Below, piece by piece: positions 60,675 to 64,000 of a stretch of DNA of 64,000 nt. The position numbers were made by a program, and so were the translations under genes. Each line of letters begins with the position of its first letter. Position 1 is the stretch's first letter. Source of the stretch: a virus; IMG/VR virus record IMGVR_UViG_3300022561_000003; one strand, written 5' to 3'. A model generated the notes under the pieces. The model was not told the origin of the DNA, made no database searches, and saw only the letters and a program-made list of their open reading frames with translations.

Positions 60675-62069
60675 TTAGATGTATTTAAAAATAAATCCTT
60701 TATAAATATCTTTAGTACCATCACATACACCTATTATTCCAGGATGAGACAACTTAACTTTAAATAAATTTTCTGATTGCCTCCTTAATTCGGTTATGGA
60801 TTTAAATACACCTAATGATTTTTCATTTTTAAATATCTCAATTTGATGACCTATGCTGCCATTATTTGAGGACGACATTGACTTTTCTTCAATGGGATTA
60901 TAATAGCAAAGACCTAACTCTGTACCTTGCTTTAAATATCTTATAATAGTACCCACTGATAAATTCATGATTTTCCCTATTTTAGGGGCAGACAAAGTTG
61001 GATTATCTTTTTTATATTTACAAACAGCTTTCATAAGATTTCTTAGGGTAAACTCTTCACATTTTATCCAATCAATATTTAGTAAATTAAATATAGTCGA
61101 TAAACTACTATCTAATATATTTTGCTTTATAAAGTCAAGATTGCCTTTTATACAGTCTATACGAATTACTTCTATACCATTTTCACTAGCTTTTAAATCT
61201 TTATAATCATCAACTTGTTTTGACTCCTCATATGTCACACCGCTTCTACTATTATCTTTGAAATGAAATCCTCCGTCCATTTCAATAATAATATTTTTAG
61301 AAGGTATATAAAAATCATATCTTTTAAGGTGTATCCATTTTGGTGAATATTCAGTTTTGTATTCTACATCTAGTTGATTTAAAATAGCAGCCATAAGTTT
61401 AGTTGAATAACTTTGACCATCTGAACAGGAGCAAGTTACGTAACCACTACAATTTATATGATCTATTGTCGAGCCATTGTGTTTAATTTGCCCACATTCA
61501 GGACATATTGGATATATTCTTTTACCACTATTTTTAACATATAGTTTTGCTTCATCATATCCTCCTTGAAAATATTTAACCATCCAAGGGGCTGTAGTTG
61601 GTATATCATTAATTCCTTCTACTACTACTCTTGGAGTAGGGCAACAACACGAACATCCTTTACCACTTACCAAGTTATTTTCTCTAACCCATCCCTCAGT
61701 CCATCCACATTTATTGCAAGTATATTTATACCATTTCCAATTTTGAGTCTTATCTTGTTGATGCTCTCTTTCTGTAATTGTTAAATTCCTTTTATCATCA
61801 ATAAGAGTTTCTCCTATTTTATATCTAAATCCTGAATCAGGATATACCTTACTCATTATCCTACCTAATTTACATGATATAAAACCACCGGATGACATCA
61901 TAAACTCATTTCCATTGTAATTTAGGGTTAGAATTTTATTATTATATTCTATTATTTTAATTTCTCCTTTAAAAGAATCATATATAAATTGGACACTATA
62001 TCCTATTGAATTTTTCCAATCTGTCTTTGTTCCTAATTTTGGTAAATAATCTAAAAATACTTTTTTCAT
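60675..62069 (-). CDS. Zinc-ribbon / PD-(D/E)XK-type putative endonuclease (paralog of 21215)
   Basis: Near-identical blocks WKWYKYTC.KCGWT.GW, EGINDIPTTA.WM.YFQGGYDEAKLY. Confidence 0.72.
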   Translation of the reverse strand: MKKVFLDYLPKLGTKTDWKNSIGYSVQFIYDSFKGEIKIIEYNNKILTLNYNGNEFMMSSGGFISCKLGRIMSKVYPDSGFRYKIGETLIDDKRNLTITEREHQQDKTQNWKWYKYTCNKCGWTEGWVRENNLVSGKGCSCCCPTPRVVVEGINDIPTTAPWMVKYFQGGYDEAKLYVKNSGKRIYPICPECGQIKHNGSTIDHINCSGYVTCSCSDGQSYSTKLMAAILNQLDVEYKTEYSPKWIHLKRYDFYIPSKNIIIEMDGGFHFKDNSRSGVTYEESKQVDDYKDLKASENGIEVIRIDCIKGNLDFIKQNILDSSLSTIFNLLNIDWIKCEEFTLRNLMKAVCKYKKDNPTLSAPKIGKIMNLSVGTIIRYLKQGTELGLCYYNPIEEKSMSSSNNGSIGHQIEIFKNEKSLGVFKSITELRRQSENLFKVKLSHPGIIGVCDGTKDIYKGFIFKYI

Positions 62070-62105
62070 AGAATACCTCCTTTAATTATTGTTTAATTGT
62101 TGGAT

Positions 62106-62252
62106 TTAATATCTAATTAATATTTCCTTTAAATCCTCCAAACCCTCAATTTCAATATAATCCTCAAAGTCCTCCATATAACTTTCTTCATAATGATTAA
62201 CTTCTCCTAATTCAACCTCAACTTCTTGCTCATAAAAATTAATTCTCCTCAT
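62106..62252 (-). CDS. Very acidic 48-aa peptide (not in ORF track)
   Basis: GAGGT RBS 8 nt upstream; MRRINFYEQEVEVELGEVNHYEESYMEDFEDYIEIEGLEDLKEILIRY. Confidence 0.6.
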   Translation of the reverse strand: MRRINFYEQEVEVELGEVNHYEESYMEDFEDYIEIEGLEDLKEILIRY

Positions 62253-62559
62253 CTGCTTTTACCTCGATTTTAAGTATTCCAGTAAAATTGTTTATAGTAC
62301 ATTGTAGCTCATTTAATTTTGCCTTAATAACTTTTAAATCATCATTATCTAATAAAATTTTATTTGCTACATGATTCAAAACTTGTTCTAAACTAGAACA
62401 ATAAGCAGTCGTGACCCACACAATATTTCCAACGTTCTTTTCTAAAGTTTTCTTTTTCTTACTTCCTTCTGGTGTTGCCTGTACGATACTCATTTTTTGT
62501 AACATAAATTGAAATTCATCCGTTGTGATTCTTAAATCGTTCCCTAATAATAATTCCAT
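62239..62559 (-). CDS. Hypothetical protein
   Basis: ORF track; GAGGAGG RBS. Confidence 0.7.
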   Translation of the reverse strand: MELLLGNDLRITTDEFQFMLQKMSIVQATPEGSKKKKTLEKNVGNIVWVTTAYCSSLEQVLNHVANKILLDNDDLKVIKAKLNELQCTINNFTGILKIEVKADEEN

Positions 62560-62706
62560 TAATAATTCCTCCTCAAATTTTACTATTATTTCCCTTTAAT
62601 ACAGCTCTTTTACACTCTACCCTAACACTTACATCAAATAACTATTACAATACTCCTATGGCTCCATTAGCACACTTAAAATATCATTGTAATCATTAGT
62701 TATCCT

Positions 62707-62862
62707 TTAGTTCTTATAATCAGTTTTATAATTCAATATACACCATGCTAACCAGATTGTTGCCATTATATAGTTTTTATCTGCTAGACTAAAAACAAGC
62801 ATCATAATACAAAATATTATCCAAGCCACATCTATCACATTTTGCCAATTGAGTTTTTTCAC
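62707..62862 (-). CDS. Small two-TM membrane protein (51 aa, not in ORF track)
   Basis: GTG start after GGAAGGAAG; two hydrophobic segments; downstream of a sigmaA promoter. Confidence 0.55.
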   Translation of the reverse strand: MKKLNWQNVIDVAWIIFCIMMLVFSLADKNYIMATIWLAWCILNYKTDYKN

Positions 62863-62899
62863 ATAATCACTTCCTTCCATCAATTTCTTTCTTTCCTAT

Positions 62900-62928
62900 A
62901 TCATATCAAATTATTATTTAGTTGTCAA
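62900..62928 (-). promoter_or_regulatory. sigmaA promoter with embedded 17-bp motif
   Basis: TTGACA-ACTAAATAATAATTTGA-TATGAT. Confidence 0.75.
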
Positions 62929-62952
62929 TAGTATTTGGAAAATATTATTTAA

Positions 62953-63831
62953 TTATCTTAACTCTAAATTAATTTTTTTAATCTCATCACTTTGCCAAAG
63001 ATTTGAGAAACTCCTACAATAAAACAATACATGACTTTCCTTATAATCTCTTAATAAATGTTCCCATTCTCTAATTATAATTTCGTCAGTCATATGCAAA
63101 GTATATCCAAATGTCAATTCAGTGTCATGACTCATAAAATACGTAACCATTTTAGATTTATCTGTACAATCTTTATCTGAGAGGACATTCATAACTTTAG
63201 TATATTCATCTAACAGTTCTCTGCTGCAATCTAGACATTCTCCATAGTTAAACATGTCCTGAAATCCACCAAATACTCTCTCAAAGAAATCTGAACCTTC
63301 TGAGCTTAAACTGTAGTGTTTCATCATATCTAAACGAAAAGATCCAACTCCACATTCCCTTAACTCTGTTAGAAACTTCACATATATATCCTGGAGCTCA
63401 TGATTATTATAGTTCAGCATGGGCATTCCACAAGCATAATTCGTTGTCATAAATCTTGAATTGAAATCAGTACAATTAGGCGCATTAGTTAAAAAATTAG
63501 GATTACATGTTAAACTTTTATCAACGTCTTGATGAGGAATTAGGTTTCCATAATCATCTCCAGCTACATGTCTAAGGACAATATCAACCGATATAATAAT
63601 ACCTAGTTTATTAGCTTTGCTGCATAATTCTATCAAATCTGCCTTACTACCATGTCTATTACCTATTTTAAAAGACTCAGGTTGATAATCACACCACCAC
63701 GCATCACCTTTCTTAATTTCATTTATTGTAGAAATTAATATTACATCATAACCCTGAGCTTTTATTTTACTTAGATTTTTAATTATAGCCTGTAGTTGCC
63801 AAAGAAAGCAATGAAGTATAATGTGGCGCAT
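62953..63831 (-). CDS. GH13 alpha-amylase family catalytic domain
   Basis: WW.DYQP, VDIVLRH (region I), FRLDMMKH (II, Asp), YGEC (III, Glu), SHD (IV, Asp). Confidence 0.85.
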   Translation of the reverse strand: MRHIILHCFLWQLQAIIKNLSKIKAQGYDVILISTINEIKKGDAWWCDYQPESFKIGNRHGSKADLIELCSKANKLGIIISVDIVLRHVAGDDYGNLIPHQDVDKSLTCNPNFLTNAPNCTDFNSRFMTTNYACGMPMLNYNNHELQDIYVKFLTELRECGVGSFRLDMMKHYSLSSEGSDFFERVFGGFQDMFNYGECLDCSRELLDEYTKVMNVLSDKDCTDKSKMVTYFMSHDTELTFGYTLHMTDEIIIREWEHLLRDYKESHVLFYCRSFSNLWQSDEIKKINLELR

Positions 63832-64000
63832 ATTTCTTTCTCCTTTATTATTATTTAGTTGTTAAACAAGATAAGCTAACTTTTTAGTTTTTACTCCAGA
63901 ATAGTTATAAATATCACAAGATAAATGTTTCTCGTCAGATATAAAATTTTCAATCTTTGAACTTCTAGGAACTGAATTACCATACAGGCATCCTATAATA

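Larger units (their letters stand above)
240..63862. repeat. Dispersed 17-bp motif ACAAYTRAAYAATAATT, about 29 copies (0-2 mismatches)
   Basis: Lowest coordinate of each copy, +/-1 nt. Plus strand: 240, 2011, 3567, 3799, 4144, 7261, 7472. Minus strand: 19424, 21194, 33422, 34872, 34939, 36316, 37732, 37875, 43821, 44309, 46748, 46917, 51300, 53546, 53992, 54642, 57661, 57815, 60659, 62084, 62909, 63846. Confidence 0.9.

Noticed and set aside
669-61784. Short opposite-strand ORFs in the track (e.g. 669-851, 2603-2941, 10069-10332, 26428-26778, 32947-33387, 44380-44883, 57694-57909)
   Set aside because: They are antisense shadows of well-supported genes or of structured RNA, with no RBS and no recognisable motifs.
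240-63862. CRISPR array, DGR or IS element
   Set aside because: The repeats are dispersed rather than regularly spaced; no reverse transcriptase, transposase or TR/VR pair was seen.

Overview
The whole window is very AT-rich phage DNA. It is a large SPbeta-like temperate siphovirus, probably infecting a Clostridium-like Firmicute (inferred from composition, RBS style and gene content). Bases 1-10.4 kb (+ strand) carry nucleotide-metabolism and accessory genes (nrdG end, dUTPase, Gam-like, guanylate-kinase-like, ThyX-like, YopX, RecU-like) and end in a large serine integrase with an attP-like site inside its own 3' end. Bases 10.5-64 kb (- strand), read in gene order from the right end, carry a GH13 alpha-amylase, a YonO-like single-subunit RNA polymerase, a beta-CASP nuclease, a phosphoesterase, ClpP, a decaying tRNA/structured-RNA locus, terminase, portal, capsid, head-tail and tail genes, lysis genes, a tyrosine recombinase, an SGNH hydrolase and a RepL-domain cassette. 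Features the ORF track misses: (1) an ORF-less group I intron splitting the tape-measure gene; (2) a -1 frameshift in the tail assembly chaperone; (3) about 29 copies of a non-palindromic 17-bp motif, always oriented with transcription and built into four sigmaA promoters; (4) a family of covarying RNA leaders whose hairpin loop pairs with either a decoy site or the Shine-Dalgarno, mostly ahead of the 11 free-standing endonuclease-like genes. All protein assignments come from motif recognition by eye; no database search was run.
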